42,820 bases of DNA from a virus (IMGVR_UViG_3300021093_000144:1-42820); one strand, 5' to 3'. Positions 1-9,356 are shown, counted from the stretch's first letter. Made by a program: numbers and translations. Notes: generated by a model from the sequence alone, not told the origin.

Positions 1-219
1 GTAATCTTCATATTCTTCTTCGATCTCTTCGTCATCGATAGCATAGTCGATGGCTTCGTCTAGATGGTCATCTATTCCTAATAGGCTCTGCAGTGTAGAT
101 TCTTTGATTCCATAGTCTAATAGAGTGTTTACGAATCCAGATGCTACGTCGGCTCTAGATTTTTCAGGGATATGTTCTACGACCAGTGTCCAAATATCTG
201 CGATTAAATCTTCTTTCAT
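1..219 (-). CDS. Acidic hypothetical protein (partial, runs off the window start)
   Basis: ATG at 219 overlaps the uvsX stop (ATGA). Open frame MKEDLIADIWTLVVEHIPEK...DDEEIEEEYEDY to position 1; not in the ORF track because no stop is in the window. Confidence 0.8.
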   Translation of the reverse strand, partial: MKEDLIADIWTLVVEHIPEKSRADVASGFVNTLLDYGIKESTLQSLLGIDDHLDEAIDYAIDDEEIEEEYEDY

Positions 220-1295
220 TCCACGCTCTCCGGTTGGGGTTCAACATTATTAGTTATCTCAGATGATGTATTTTCTGTGGCTTTAGAAAAATTTATCATC
301 AATTGATCGAGACAACCATTTTCGTTGCGTTCCCATTCTTTGCGATAGAACTTAAGGATTTCCCCATCCGGTGTCGTATAGGACAGTCTGTTACCATCTT
401 TTACCAATATGCCTTTGGCTTCAGAGAGATCGACAAGACCACTGTAAGGATTCATGCCAGTTTCGTAGGGGATCTTGACCTGTACCGATTCAAAGGGTTT
501 GGCATAGCGTGTCTTCATGATCTTGCAGGCAGCACGGATACCTTTGACTTCTGAAATCTTATTGCCATCTTCATCTTCTTTTAGTTTCAATTTCTTCATA
601 GCAACCACGATAGAACTTGCGTAAATGAAACCTTGTCCACCTGAGATCTTGTCATCGGGGTCAAACATGTCTTGGCTAGCGTATGTGTGGTTAGTAGCAA
701 CTAGGCCAATGTTAAGGCTACCAAACATGTTCACGCAGTTTCGCACAAGTGCGGTGAGACTTTTGGCTTTGCGACCCAGATCACCTTTCAGATCACCTGC
801 TTCAAATTGATTGACATCTGTGGGAGTCAGTAACATGCCTAGGCTGTCCAGCACGAACAAGATCTTTGGACGACCGTCTTCGGGCATGGCCTTGTATTCT
901 GCGACAAATTCTGTGATGGTTTTGGCCACATCATCGATCATGGCCATGTTGAGTTTCAGCAGTTTATCTTCTGCGGTATCAACGTCCAGTGCTTTGAGCC
1001 AATCTTCATCTAAGGCATTTTCTGAATCGATCAAGATAGGATAGATATTCTGCGCCTGTGCGGCCTTGATCAAGTTGCCGGCACAGATGTAGGATTTGCC
1101 TGCACCACTTTCACCTGCGAATACCGTGACTTTGCCCAGTGGAACTCCGCGATGGAAGTCACCGCTGATCAGATAGTTCAGAGCATAGTTTCCTGTCGAG
1201 ACCCAATCTGTGGGATCATTGAAACCGATGCTGAGTCCTTCGATGCTCTTAGTAATACTTTTTCGAAACTTGCTTATATCAAATGCTTTTGCCAT
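216..1295 (-). CDS. uvsX: RecA/UvsX-family recombinase
   Basis: Walker A GESGAGKS, DSENALD, VLDSLGML, NHTY, SGGQGFIYASS and K-x-R motifs; adjacent to a gp32-like SSB. Confidence 0.95.
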   Translation of the reverse strand: MAKAFDISKFRKSITKSIEGLSIGFNDPTDWVSTGNYALNYLISGDFHRGVPLGKVTVFAGESGAGKSYICAGNLIKAAQAQNIYPILIDSENALDEDWLKALDVDTAEDKLLKLNMAMIDDVAKTITEFVAEYKAMPEDGRPKILFVLDSLGMLLTPTDVNQFEAGDLKGDLGRKAKSLTALVRNCVNMFGSLNIGLVATNHTYASQDMFDPDDKISGGQGFIYASSIVVAMKKLKLKEDEDGNKISEVKGIRAACKIMKTRYAKPFESVQVKIPYETGMNPYSGLVDLSEAKGILVKDGNRLSYTTPDGEILKFYRKEWERNENGCLDQLMINFSKATENTSSEITNNVEPQPESVE

Positions 1296-1315
1296 TATGT
1301 CGTCCTATGTTGATG

Positions 1316-1345
1316 AAAATGTGGGACCTTAGTCCCACATTTTTT
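1316..1345. terminator. Intrinsic terminator-like hairpin between gp32 and uvsX
   Basis: AAAATGTGGGAC-CTTA-GTCCCACATTTT perfect inverted repeat with T/A tracts on both sides. Confidence 0.7.
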
Positions 1346-1355
1346 AGTTTAGCAA

Positions 1356-2321
1356 TCACTGGCCCTGTCTGGCGCGGATCTTGGCAAGGATATCTTGTGC
1401 CCTAGATGCGCTTTCTGTATTGGCAGGTGCGGCCGCAGGCTTTGACACCGTAGCAGGTTCATCATCGACTTCATCATCGGACACCGTTGGTTTCGCTACC
1501 GTCTTGTTAGGATCTCCGGTGGCCGAACCCATTCCTGCAGGTTTGAAATATTGACCCCAACGATCCATATCGTAGGCTTCGCCGTCGACTGATGCTTCGA
1601 ACATCTCTTTCATTACTTTCAGCTCGACATCGGTTGGCTTCTTAGGAAGGAAATCCGATAGATTAAACAGGCCATATTGATCGATGGCTGCTTTCTCTTG
1701 ATCAGTTAAAGATCTTTCACGACGGCTCCACTTGGAAGTAGAATAGTCTGCGAATCCGCCCTTGCTGGTCTTTGCGATGCGGAAATCAACACCACGCAGG
1801 AAATCGGTTGGCAGTTCTTCCAACTCTGGATCCATCAGTGCAGAACGAATGATCTGATAGATCTGAGGTCCGATGATAAATCTACGGACGGGATTATCCG
1901 GAGTAGAATCTTCTTTGAGAGGATCTTCTACAACAAAACCTTGGAAGATGTATGAACGCTTCTTCCAATACTTACGACCCATTTCTTCGAGGTTCTTGTC
2001 TTTGAACCAACCACGGACTTCTGAAAGGATCGGACAGGCTGTACCATCATTGTACATTTCCACACAGGGGACCTGTACCTGTACCGCACGGCTGTCTGTT
2101 TCTCCTTTGACACCTGCGAACGGCAGTTTGATCATCGCACGTTCTACCCAGAAGAATGTGTTGTTGGTGTTGCCGTCAGGTAAGAAACGCACGACTGCTT
2201 CTTTGCCTTCCTGCATGTTCCAGTGGGGGTAAATCGCGTTGTCTCCACCGCCTGTGGAGTTGCCTGTGGTTTTGTTTTGTGCTTCTTGAAGTTTAGCACG
2301 GATCTCTGCTAATGTAGCCAT
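1356..2321 (-). CDS. gp32: Single-stranded DNA-binding protein, T4 gp32-like
   Basis: VVRFLPDG, CVEMY..CP, YWKKRSY, DFRIAKTSKGGFADYSTSKW; acidic/low-complexity C-terminal linker; SD AGGAGG upstream. Confidence 0.9.
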   Translation of the reverse strand: MATLAEIRAKLQEAQNKTTGNSTGGGDNAIYPHWNMQEGKEAVVRFLPDGNTNNTFFWVERAMIKLPFAGVKGETDSRAVQVQVPCVEMYNDGTACPILSEVRGWFKDKNLEEMGRKYWKKRSYIFQGFVVEDPLKEDSTPDNPVRRFIIGPQIYQIIRSALMDPELEELPTDFLRGVDFRIAKTSKGGFADYSTSKWSRRERSLTDQEKAAIDQYGLFNLSDFLPKKPTDVELKVMKEMFEASVDGEAYDMDRWGQYFKPAGMGSATGDPNKTVAKPTVSDDEVDDEPATVSKPAAAPANTESASRAQDILAKIRARQGQ

Positions 2322-2377
2322 TTTAAATTGCCTCCTTTGTAATTTGCCTTAAAATGTATGCCTTGCGCATAAAACAT

Positions 2378-2406
2378 ATTATGCGTAGTTTATTTAGCAA
2401 GGTCAA
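2378..2406 (-). promoter_or_regulatory. Sigma70-type promoter (TTGACC-N17-CATAAT) with a nested late TAAATA box, upstream of gp32
   Basis: Minus strand reads TTGACC ttgcTAAATAaactacg CATAAT; spacer is 17 nt. Confidence 0.65.
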
Positions 2407-2426
2407 GATCTTTTTGAGAAATTTTT

Positions 2427-2460
2427 GCCAAAAGAAAAGGCTCCAGATAGAGCCCTTTCG
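2427..2460 (-). terminator. Intrinsic terminator downstream of the small secreted protein gene
   Basis: Minus strand GAAAGGGCTC-TATCTG-GAGCCTTTTC-TTTT (one G.U pair). Confidence 0.75.
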
Positions 2461-2470
2461 ATCGCTCATA

Positions 2471-2653
2471 TTACTTCTTGGCTGCTTCTTTCTTCTCGTC
2501 CTTTTTAGCAGGAGCAGGTGCTGCTTTGGCATCGGCAGGTTTGGCTGCAGGTGCTGCGGCTGCTGGCTTTGCTTCTTCTTTCTTAGCAGGTGCCTGTGCA
2601 AATGCTGTGGTCGCTGCGAAAAGAGCAGCGGTTAATGCGACGACTGATTTCAT
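2471..2653 (-). CDS. Small secreted Ala/Lys/Pro-rich protein with a Sec signal peptide
   Basis: MKSVVALTAALFAATTAFA|Q gives a basic N-terminus, hydrophobic core and AFA cleavage site; mature part is low-complexity AKP-rich; SD GGAGA upstream. Confidence 0.8.
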   Translation of the reverse strand: MKSVVALTAALFAATTAFAQAPAKKEEAKPAAAAPAAKPADAKAAPAPAKKDEKKEAAKK

Positions 2654-2748
2654 ATGAAAATCTCCATTTAAAATGAAAGCAGAATGTTTCTGCTAATTTA
2701 TATATTGCGCTGGAAATATTCTAAGATGAAAAGTGGTTTGGAAAAATG

Positions 2749-2783
2749 GCCAAAAGAAAAGGTTCCGGAGAACCTTTCTTTTC
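2749..2783 (-). terminator. Intrinsic terminator after the large acidic protein gene
   Basis: Minus strand AAAGGTTC-TCCG-GAACCTTT followed by TCTTTT, just past the stop at 2789. Confidence 0.8.
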
Positions 2784-2788
2784 GTAGC

Positions 2789-4978
2789 TTAGTAGCCTAG
2801 GCCTTGTGCTATGCCTGATAATCTGCGGATGTCTTCCAATTCAGGGATAGGTTCAACTGCTTCTCCTTTTGACTTACTGCTATGCTGTGCTCGAGAATAC
2901 ATATCAAGTAAATCTCCGACAAAATCTTCATCATATCTTAGAATATAGTCGGCTCTCTTCTTGCCTAATTCTTTGACCATGATCTCATAGGCTGCATCGA
3001 CCACTTCATCTCCTCCGCGTTTCACGCTGAGATTTGGATTCTCTGCGAATAGTCTATTGCCCAAATCAAAAGCATAATGTCGTTCTGCAGGTTCTTCATC
3101 GTCCTCGTCGTCTTCTGGACTGATATCTCTAATACGATCTCCTTCTTGTTGCACACCTGCTAACTCTCTCATACGGCCTAGTTCTGCTAATTCTTCTGCA
3201 CCCGCTTCCTGATGTGGAGCCATTCTTTCAACAAATTTGCGAGCCACCTGTTCGGCTTCTTCGCCAAACTTCTTGCCTACCATTACTACAACACCTTCTG
3301 GACCTTTGGGGAATGTGCCTGTGTTGCGATCATAAAATGAACCGATAAATTCTGCCAGTCCTTGTACGTCCATGGCCTGTCGCATGCCTTTCTTGGCTAG
3401 ATGTCTCGCCCTGTGTTTGATCGTGTTCCCGAACTCGTCTTTGTCCGAAGGATTTTCATCGGGTACAAACGGTAGGTCGTCCTTGTCGTCGTTTCTCTTG
3501 TCGGGATCGTCCCCGGCCATCTGTGGTTCTTCTTCCGGTGCAGTTTGGTCACCTCCTTGGTCTGCTGCCGGCTCATCGACCATATCGCCGAAGTCCAATT
3601 GATCTACTATCTCGGGTGCGTTCTGTTCTAGCCAATTTTTAATTAACGGTCTTACGCAACTGTCGGGATCTTCCTTGGCCTGATCTTTGATTTCTTTATA
3701 CAATTTGGGATCTTCTATGATGCCTTTGAGACTTTCGATAGCGTTAGAACCGTCTACTCCTGCAGGAAAATGTTCGCCTACCAGTTCTTGTAGTTCTTTT
3801 ATTGCCTGTGTCTGTTCTTCTTGGTCGGATGAGGTTATGGCGGATTCTTCGCCTAACCCCATCACCCAACTTTCAAATTTATCGAAATAATTACCTTCAT
3901 CATTTTCGACTACATCTACTTCGTCATTGACCATGTCTTCTTGTGTCATCGCGACTATGTCGTCATAGCCTATCGAACTTTCTTCCTGCATCAATCGATA
4001 GATCACAGGAAATACTGATTTAATATCTTCTTTGAAATTTTTGACAGTGAACTTTTCTGTATATTCTTCTGCGACTTCTTGTGGAACCTCTATTTGTTCT
4101 CTGGCCTGGAAACTTTCTTTGTATGCTTCGTAGTGGCCTTGTTTGGCTATTTTTTGTATGGTTTCTCTTAGGTCGTTTAGGGCCTGTGTACTGCGTTCTA
4201 CTATACCATTGGTATCTGAATTCATCAGATCATTTCGGACAACATAATTTCCAAAACTCTTGAGTTGTGCGATTTCTTCGCTCATTTGGATGATACTCTT
4301 ACCTAGATCATCGTAGGGCAATCCACCATTGGCCACATGGCGCTGCATAGCTCGTGCGCCTGCTAGATGTATGAACGGATATTTAAATCTTTCGCCGTCT
4401 TGGTTTTCTACGAACAGCGCAGATATATGACGTGTCCTAGCGCCTGGCTGTGTGTCGTCCATTACCGCTTGGCTGTGTTTGATGATGAGGCGTGTGTCCA
4501 TCAACTTCTGGTAACTCATGGTTTTGGTACCATATAGTGTGCTTTCGTTCATAACTTGTTCTCCGACCGGCTGTACGATAGTATTTGGTTGTTCTTTGGG
4601 TTTGTTGTGTTGGCTCAGGAATTCGTAATCTCTTTTATCTAGATTATCTTTGGCGATATCCCTGGTATCAAACGCCATCAATCTACGTTTGGCAAATGTG
4701 CGCAATTCTTTTAAAAAGTCATACCAATGATCTTTTTGCTTACCGTCCATGCTTTCCGTGATTCCGGTGCTGAAATAAACTTTCATGGAATTTTCTTCTG
4801 CGAGACTAATACTGACATGACCTATAGGCGTTTCACCCTCCATGTAATCAAAATCGAAGAATCTCGCTTGTTCTGGATTGATGGTTAACTGTCCTGTCTC
4901 GTCTCCAAGTTTCAACCCGCGGAAACGGCTACGGACCTTGTAGAAAAGATCTGTGGCTATGTTATTTGTAGCATTCAT
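2789..4978 (-). CDS. Large acidic hypothetical protein, probable virion/prohead protein (about 729 aa)
   Basis: Long ORF; start revised to ATG 4978, 5 nt after a TAAATA box. Globular N-half and acidic disordered C-half with repeated RMRELAG/IRRLSG motifs; lies next to terminase. Confidence 0.6.
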   Translation of the reverse strand: MNATNNIATDLFYKVRSRFRGLKLGDETGQLTINPEQARFFDFDYMEGETPIGHVSISLAEENSMKVYFSTGITESMDGKQKDHWYDFLKELRTFAKRRLMAFDTRDIAKDNLDKRDYEFLSQHNKPKEQPNTIVQPVGEQVMNESTLYGTKTMSYQKLMDTRLIIKHSQAVMDDTQPGARTRHISALFVENQDGERFKYPFIHLAGARAMQRHVANGGLPYDDLGKSIIQMSEEIAQLKSFGNYVVRNDLMNSDTNGIVERSTQALNDLRETIQKIAKQGHYEAYKESFQAREQIEVPQEVAEEYTEKFTVKNFKEDIKSVFPVIYRLMQEESSIGYDDIVAMTQEDMVNDEVDVVENDEGNYFDKFESWVMGLGEESAITSSDQEEQTQAIKELQELVGEHFPAGVDGSNAIESLKGIIEDPKLYKEIKDQAKEDPDSCVRPLIKNWLEQNAPEIVDQLDFGDMVDEPAADQGGDQTAPEEEPQMAGDDPDKRNDDKDDLPFVPDENPSDKDEFGNTIKHRARHLAKKGMRQAMDVQGLAEFIGSFYDRNTGTFPKGPEGVVVMVGKKFGEEAEQVARKFVERMAPHQEAGAEELAELGRMRELAGVQQEGDRIRDISPEDDEDDEEPAERHYAFDLGNRLFAENPNLSVKRGGDEVVDAAYEIMVKELGKKRADYILRYDEDFVGDLLDMYSRAQHSSKSKGEAVEPIPELEDIRRLSGIAQGLGY

Positions 4979-4989
4979 AAGAGTATTTA

Positions 4990-6576
4990 TCAAAAACCTG
5001 TGCTGACGAAAATAGGCATAGGCATCTGATCTTCAGAGATTTTATCAGTCATTTTTTCGTAGATTTTTGGATCCCAGTCGGCCAAGATCGCAGCCATGCG
5101 CAATATCAGCAGTGTGCTGGACACGAGATCGTCGTTCTCCCCAGTCTTGGCCCCAAACCCTATACCGTGCGCCACATAATTTTTTAGTTCGCTAATCAAG
5201 GGTTTGCTGTGTATGCGCATCTTGCTGGTTTCTACCATATGTTTGAATTGGCTGCAGGCAGCGATTTTCGTTTTGTGCGTGGTATTAAATCCTTTGCGGA
5301 ATTTACGGAAATGGCCTTTGCGTATAGGCTCGCTGAGAAACAGTCCAGCGAAATTTTCTTCCCCTATATTATTGATGCAGATAAGAGCGCTTTCTCCTAC
5401 TGTGTTATTTTCTACCGAATAATAGATCTGAGGATTTCCACCTCGTTCTTTTCCTCGTGTAGCGATATAATTGCAGATTTCTTTGAGATGTTTAGCCTGT
5501 GATTGCACAGGAGTTAGATTATGATGCCATTCTGCTATCTGTTCCATCGCGGGCAATTCAAAGACCTGGATGGCCGAATAATCTCCCCCAGTTCCGAGAC
5601 TGGGATCTAATGCCACTAGGTAGGTGCAACGAGGATCTATGTCTTTGTACCAACGAGTTTGTCCCATGGTCATCGTGGGGTCGTCTCCTTTGAGTTCTGC
5701 CAATTTTACAGAATTAATCAAAGTCTCGTCAAATATTAAGAATTCGCAATCAAATTCTCGACGGAAACGCTCCTCTCCGATTTTAGCACGTTCTACACGA
5801 GCCCATTCTTCATCACGGTCGGGGTGCTCACTCCAGTGTGCATAATAACTGAAAAAACCATTGACTCCTACTCGCTGTTCATTGCCGTATTCGTCGAATC
5901 GATTGTTGGCTTCAGTCCAGATTAGTGCGAACTGATCTTCGTCCGAGTTAGGTGTAGAAGTGATGATACATTTACCACCAGTGGACAGAGTAGGTGATAG
6001 TGCGGTCCAAAATTCTTTGGCTTTTTCTGGGGGCTGCACGAACGCGAACTCGTCGCAGTAGATCAGTGAAAGACTTTTACCGCGTCCTGTGGTTTCTGTT
6101 GTGGTAGTCGCTTGTATGCGACTGCCATTATCGTATTCAATGGTATTACGATTATAACTATGCACTCCGGCTCGTATAAAGTCAGGCAGATTTTCATAAC
6201 CATAACGATAACGATTCATGATGTCCTGTGCACCGTCATATTTGTGCGCAGCGATCAACACTTGGCATTCAGGAACGAACATAGTATACCAGAGGAGATA
6301 TCCGGTAGCGCAGGTCGTCTTTCCTGACTGCCTTGGTAACATCGCTATGGTTTGCTTGTGTTCTTGATAGGCATTGATTAGATTAACCTGGTATTCGTAG
6401 GGATCAAATGCGATAGCACCACGCACTGGATGCTGTATCTTTAGGAAATTCCTACAGAAGTAGAGAGGACCTGTTACTGGATCTAAACAGGCTTCTAGAT
6501 GTTTGACTTCTTCTAGTGTATATTTTTGCTTGGCGAAGGCCTTTTTGACCAATACGCCGTCTAATGATTTTCCCAT
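4990..6576 (-). CDS. gp17: Terminase large subunit
   Basis: Adenine-binding PYEYQ, Walker A PRQSGKTT, Walker B IYCDEFAF, coupling motif TSTPN, nuclease ALDPSLGTGGDYSA and DDLV. Confidence 0.96.
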   Translation of the reverse strand: MGKSLDGVLVKKAFAKQKYTLEEVKHLEACLDPVTGPLYFCRNFLKIQHPVRGAIAFDPYEYQVNLINAYQEHKQTIAMLPRQSGKTTCATGYLLWYTMFVPECQVLIAAHKYDGAQDIMNRYRYGYENLPDFIRAGVHSYNRNTIEYDNGSRIQATTTTETTGRGKSLSLIYCDEFAFVQPPEKAKEFWTALSPTLSTGGKCIITSTPNSDEDQFALIWTEANNRFDEYGNEQRVGVNGFFSYYAHWSEHPDRDEEWARVERAKIGEERFRREFDCEFLIFDETLINSVKLAELKGDDPTMTMGQTRWYKDIDPRCTYLVALDPSLGTGGDYSAIQVFELPAMEQIAEWHHNLTPVQSQAKHLKEICNYIATRGKERGGNPQIYYSVENNTVGESALICINNIGEENFAGLFLSEPIRKGHFRKFRKGFNTTHKTKIAACSQFKHMVETSKMRIHSKPLISELKNYVAHGIGFGAKTGENDDLVSSTLLILRMAAILADWDPKIYEKMTDKISEDQMPMPIFVSTGF

Positions 6577-6591
6577 ACAGTTATTTACTGG

Positions 6592-6618
6592 AAAAAATAG
6601 GCTCCGGAGAGCCTATTT
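6592..6618 (-). terminator. Intrinsic terminator
   Basis: Minus strand AAATAGGCTC-TCCG-GAGCCTATTT-TTT. Confidence 0.8.
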
Positions 6619-6644
6619 GGTTGCTATCGACTATAAAATCTTTC

Positions 6645-7463
6645 CTAGGATTTTTTCGCTTCGTTTAATCTACGCTGTAGTTCCGTACGGATCTGGGCAC
6701 GTAAATCAGTGCTTTCATATGCACCGGCAGCCATAGGATTGTCACCGCGATATGGTTTACCGCTGAAACTTTTCTTGGGTCTATTTAGATCAGTGCCATC
6801 GGGGACAGCAGCATCCATGCCCTTATACTCCGGTTCTGCACCACCAATCGGTGAGTTACCAAATGCTTCTTCCTTTTCACCTTTTTTAATATCTCCTGTA
6901 CCTTTTCCATTGATTTTAATTTCTTCACCAGGAGGGGTATTTTTAACAGCCAATCCATAGGCATTGCCTTCTTCCTTATCTTTCTTTTCCATATCATGAT
7001 CGTCCATATCATGATCGCCGTCATTGTCTCGATCTAGACTAGCCCCTAAACCTCCTGGTTGTGAGCCCTTATCTTTTTCTCCACCGGGCTTGTCGTCGTT
7101 ATCAGCATCCATGTCTGGTAGCATTTTTAACGGTCCCGAATCTAGGTTACCTAATTTAAGAGGTGACATCCCCATCGGCGGCATATCGGTTGGTTTATCC
7201 ATAGGACCAACACTAATCGAAGGCAATGGCGGCATCGGAGGTTTATCCATGTCCGGATTGACCTTCGTGACCAATTTCATTAGATCTTCGATGTTATCCA
7301 TGCCCTGCGCATTTAGATTGATGCTCATGCTAGGCGGAGCCACGGGAGGATCGTTTGCCGGCGGCATAGGAGATCCGCAGCCCATCTCGTCCGTTATTTG
7401 TTCTACTGTAGATGCAGGCTGATCTAACTGTTGCATCTTGGCTAATAATTCATGAAAATTCAT
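6645..7463 (-). CDS. Pro/Met/Asp-rich, probably disordered hypothetical protein (possible prohead core/internal protein)
   Basis: 272-aa ORF with SD GGGAG; low complexity; contains DRDNDGDHD (DxDxDG-type loop) and L-x-E-type sites. Confidence 0.6.
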   Translation of the reverse strand: MNFHELLAKMQQLDQPASTVEQITDEMGCGSPMPPANDPPVAPPSMSINLNAQGMDNIEDLMKLVTKVNPDMDKPPMPPLPSISVGPMDKPTDMPPMGMSPLKLGNLDSGPLKMLPDMDADNDDKPGGEKDKGSQPGGLGASLDRDNDGDHDMDDHDMEKKDKEEGNAYGLAVKNTPPGEEIKINGKGTGDIKKGEKEEAFGNSPIGGAEPEYKGMDAAVPDGTDLNRPKKSFSGKPYRGDNPMAAGAYESTDLRAQIRTELQRRLNEAKKS

Positions 7464-7465
7464 AT

Positions 7466-8032
7466 TTAACTCCCCATTGGGCTTTTTGTACCTGCTTTAT
7501 CGATCTTGGCCTTGGGCAGTTTGTATTCGACCTGTCCCTGATCTTTCTTACGAGCCTTGGCTGATTTTTCTAGATCTTTCAAAAATGATTTATTAAAATC
7601 AGCACCAAAATAATCCTTGTGTTTGATCTTACCTGAATTTTTATCTAAATCAGTTTCGCTGAGCAATGCTTCTTTGTTGATCTCACTGTCCAACATGGCT
7701 TGATCTTCTTCTGTAGGTTCCCCGCTGCCTCTCACACGGAAACAACCTTCTTCGATGCCCATATTTTTAATATCTTGAGAAATTTCAGGAGCGGTCACTG
7801 GATATTCGCAAACAACTTCGAAAATATGCACTTCTTTGTTTTCCATATTTGGAAAATCTAATGGTAATTTTTGTATAGGAGTAGTCGTGATCTTTTCTAT
7901 GGTCAGAACTTTGCAGCGATCCAGCCTAGTCTTTAGACCTTCCTGGAATTTCTCAGGGAGATCACCAGCAACTTTGACTTTGAAACTGTAGACTTTTTGG
8001 TTTTCGGTAAGATATTGTTTGAAACTTTTCAT
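7466..8032 (-). CDS. Hypothetical protein with a T4-type capsid-targeting-like N-terminus
   Basis: Starts MKSFKQYLTE, resembling T4 internal-protein leaders (MKTYQEFIAE type); TAAATA box 5 nt upstream. Confidence 0.6.
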   Translation of the reverse strand: MKSFKQYLTENQKVYSFKVKVAGDLPEKFQEGLKTRLDRCKVLTIEKITTTPIQKLPLDFPNMENKEVHIFEVVCEYPVTAPEISQDIKNMGIEEGCFRVRGSGEPTEEDQAMLDSEINKEALLSETDLDKNSGKIKHKDYFGADFNKSFLKDLEKSAKARKKDQGQVEYKLPKAKIDKAGTKSPMGS

Positions 8033-8040
8033 ATATGTAT

Positions 8041-8520
8041 TTATTCCTTGTTGCCTAGTTTTTTCAACAGTTCATTCCGGTCGGTGATGATGTAACCTTG
8101 CCCGTTGATCACATCGTTAAGATCTTCATTGGAATCTTTATCTATCTTATATTTTTTCAACTGTAAATCTACTGCTTTTAGTTTTTTCTCGATCTTAGCG
8201 CTCTTGGCATCTATGGCGTTTTTAAGCATCGAGCCAGCGACCTCAAAAATACGGCCGCTATATCGTACTTCCACATTCATGCCTAGATCCATTAGGTCGT
8301 CATAGGCCTGTTCTGCTTTGCTGGCTAGATTATCTAGTTCTTTATCGTCCAGTTCGTCTAGTTCTTTGATCTGAGGAAGACCTTTGGTTATTTCTGCCAC
8401 AGCCTGATAACTGTCATCTAGGCTGCGTACTTCCTGATGTTCTTTGACAGGCTTCAGCGGATCTTCTTTGTTGACTGCAGATCGTTCGAGATTCAATAAT
8501 TCTTCTAGTTTTTTGGTCAT
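8041..8520 (-). CDS. gp16: Probable terminase small subunit (gp16-like)
   Basis: Start revised to ATG 8520 (MTKKLEELL). GRIFEVAGSMLK resembles the R-x-(Y/F)-EVAG helix of T4-like small terminases; coiled coil and C-terminal IITDRNELLKKL; two genes from gp17. Confidence 0.65.
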   Translation of the reverse strand: MTKKLEELLNLERSAVNKEDPLKPVKEHQEVRSLDDSYQAVAEITKGLPQIKELDELDDKELDNLASKAEQAYDDLMDLGMNVEVRYSGRIFEVAGSMLKNAIDAKSAKIEKKLKAVDLQLKKYKIDKDSNEDLNDVINGQGYIITDRNELLKKLGNKE

Positions 8521-8527
8521 AGTGTAC

Positions 8528-8968
8528 TTATCTACGTTTTCCGCCTTGATGGAAAATGTCGTCTTCGTTGATGATCCGGAATCTAACATTCTGCTGCTGG
8601 CACCATTTGCTAGCGGCTTCCCATTTCGCTATATTTTTCACATACTGTTCTTGATTATACAGACTCTTACCGACTTTTTCCAAGATCATCTGATTGCTGG
8701 GTTTTACCTCGACAACTTCTGCATGTTTTTTTCCGCCTTTGTCTTTGTAAACGATAAAAAAATCTGGCACATAGATAGTATATTTTCCAGTTAGAGGATC
8801 TCTGTAAGGTATCTGTATGCTTTCCGACGCCCAGTTTTCTACTCCTGGATGTTCGTCTAACATACGCATGAAAACAAATTCCCAACTAGATCTAGCCAAT
8901 GGAGTTTTCTTTCCCACATACTTGTCGGGATTTTTCATTTCAAAACGTCCCTGCGCAAATTTAACCAT
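8528..8968 (-). CDS. gp4: Head completion nuclease, gp4-like (TnsA-type PD-(D/E)xK)
   Basis: NPDKYVG, RSSWE, WASES..IPY, YVPDF, EVKP, KWEAA..WC motifs. Confidence 0.9.
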   Translation of the reverse strand: MVKFAQGRFEMKNPDKYVGKKTPLARSSWEFVFMRMLDEHPGVENWASESIQIPYRDPLTGKYTIYVPDFFIVYKDKGGKKHAEVVEVKPSNQMILEKVGKSLYNQEQYVKNIAKWEAASKWCQQQNVRFRIINEDDIFHQGGKRR

Positions 8969-9339
8969 TAGGCAAAGATATTCCTAGTTTGATTTTGTTT
9001 TTCGACTGAAGTTATCTTGTAGCCAAGCACACTGGTCGCGCTTCTATTATTGTTTAATATTTCTGCCACGATGGCGCTGATCTGAACACCATTGAATGTT
9101 TTCAAAGTATCTATTAATTTAAATACTGGAACTCCGTCTATTTTAGCCTGTCGTAGCAGTACCTGAGCAGTGACGATGCTGGCATCATCGTTGAACCCGC
9201 GACTTTGGAAAAATCCTATGGCTGCCGAAACTTCGTTGGCCGTGAATTCTAACTCTAGATTACCGTAGGTGTTGAAAAACGCTTTGGTAGCAGAAGCACT
9301 GTCCTCGTCACGCTTGAAGGGCAAATTAGTTAAGGCCAT
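8968..9339 (-). CDS. Hypothetical protein (structural gene region)
   Basis: 123-aa ORF, SD GGAG, stop overlaps the gp4 start (TAATG). Confidence 0.6.
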   Translation of the reverse strand: MALTNLPFKRDEDSASATKAFFNTYGNLELEFTANEVSAAIGFFQSRGFNDDASIVTAQVLLRQAKIDGVPVFKLIDTLKTFNGVQISAIVAEILNNNRSATSVLGYKITSVEKQNQTRNIFA

Positions 9340-9356
9340 CCTAGTCTCCGTATAGG

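Noticed and set aside
2323-2635. Alternative ORFs 2323-2601 (-) and 2354-2635 (+)
   Set aside because: Shadow frames of the low-complexity signal-peptide gene; they cross a terminator and promoter and lack a good SD.
4990-6576. Intein or intron in terminase (or in UvsX)
   Set aside because: Lengths are normal, motifs are contiguous, and no splice-junction or homing-endonuclease motifs are present.
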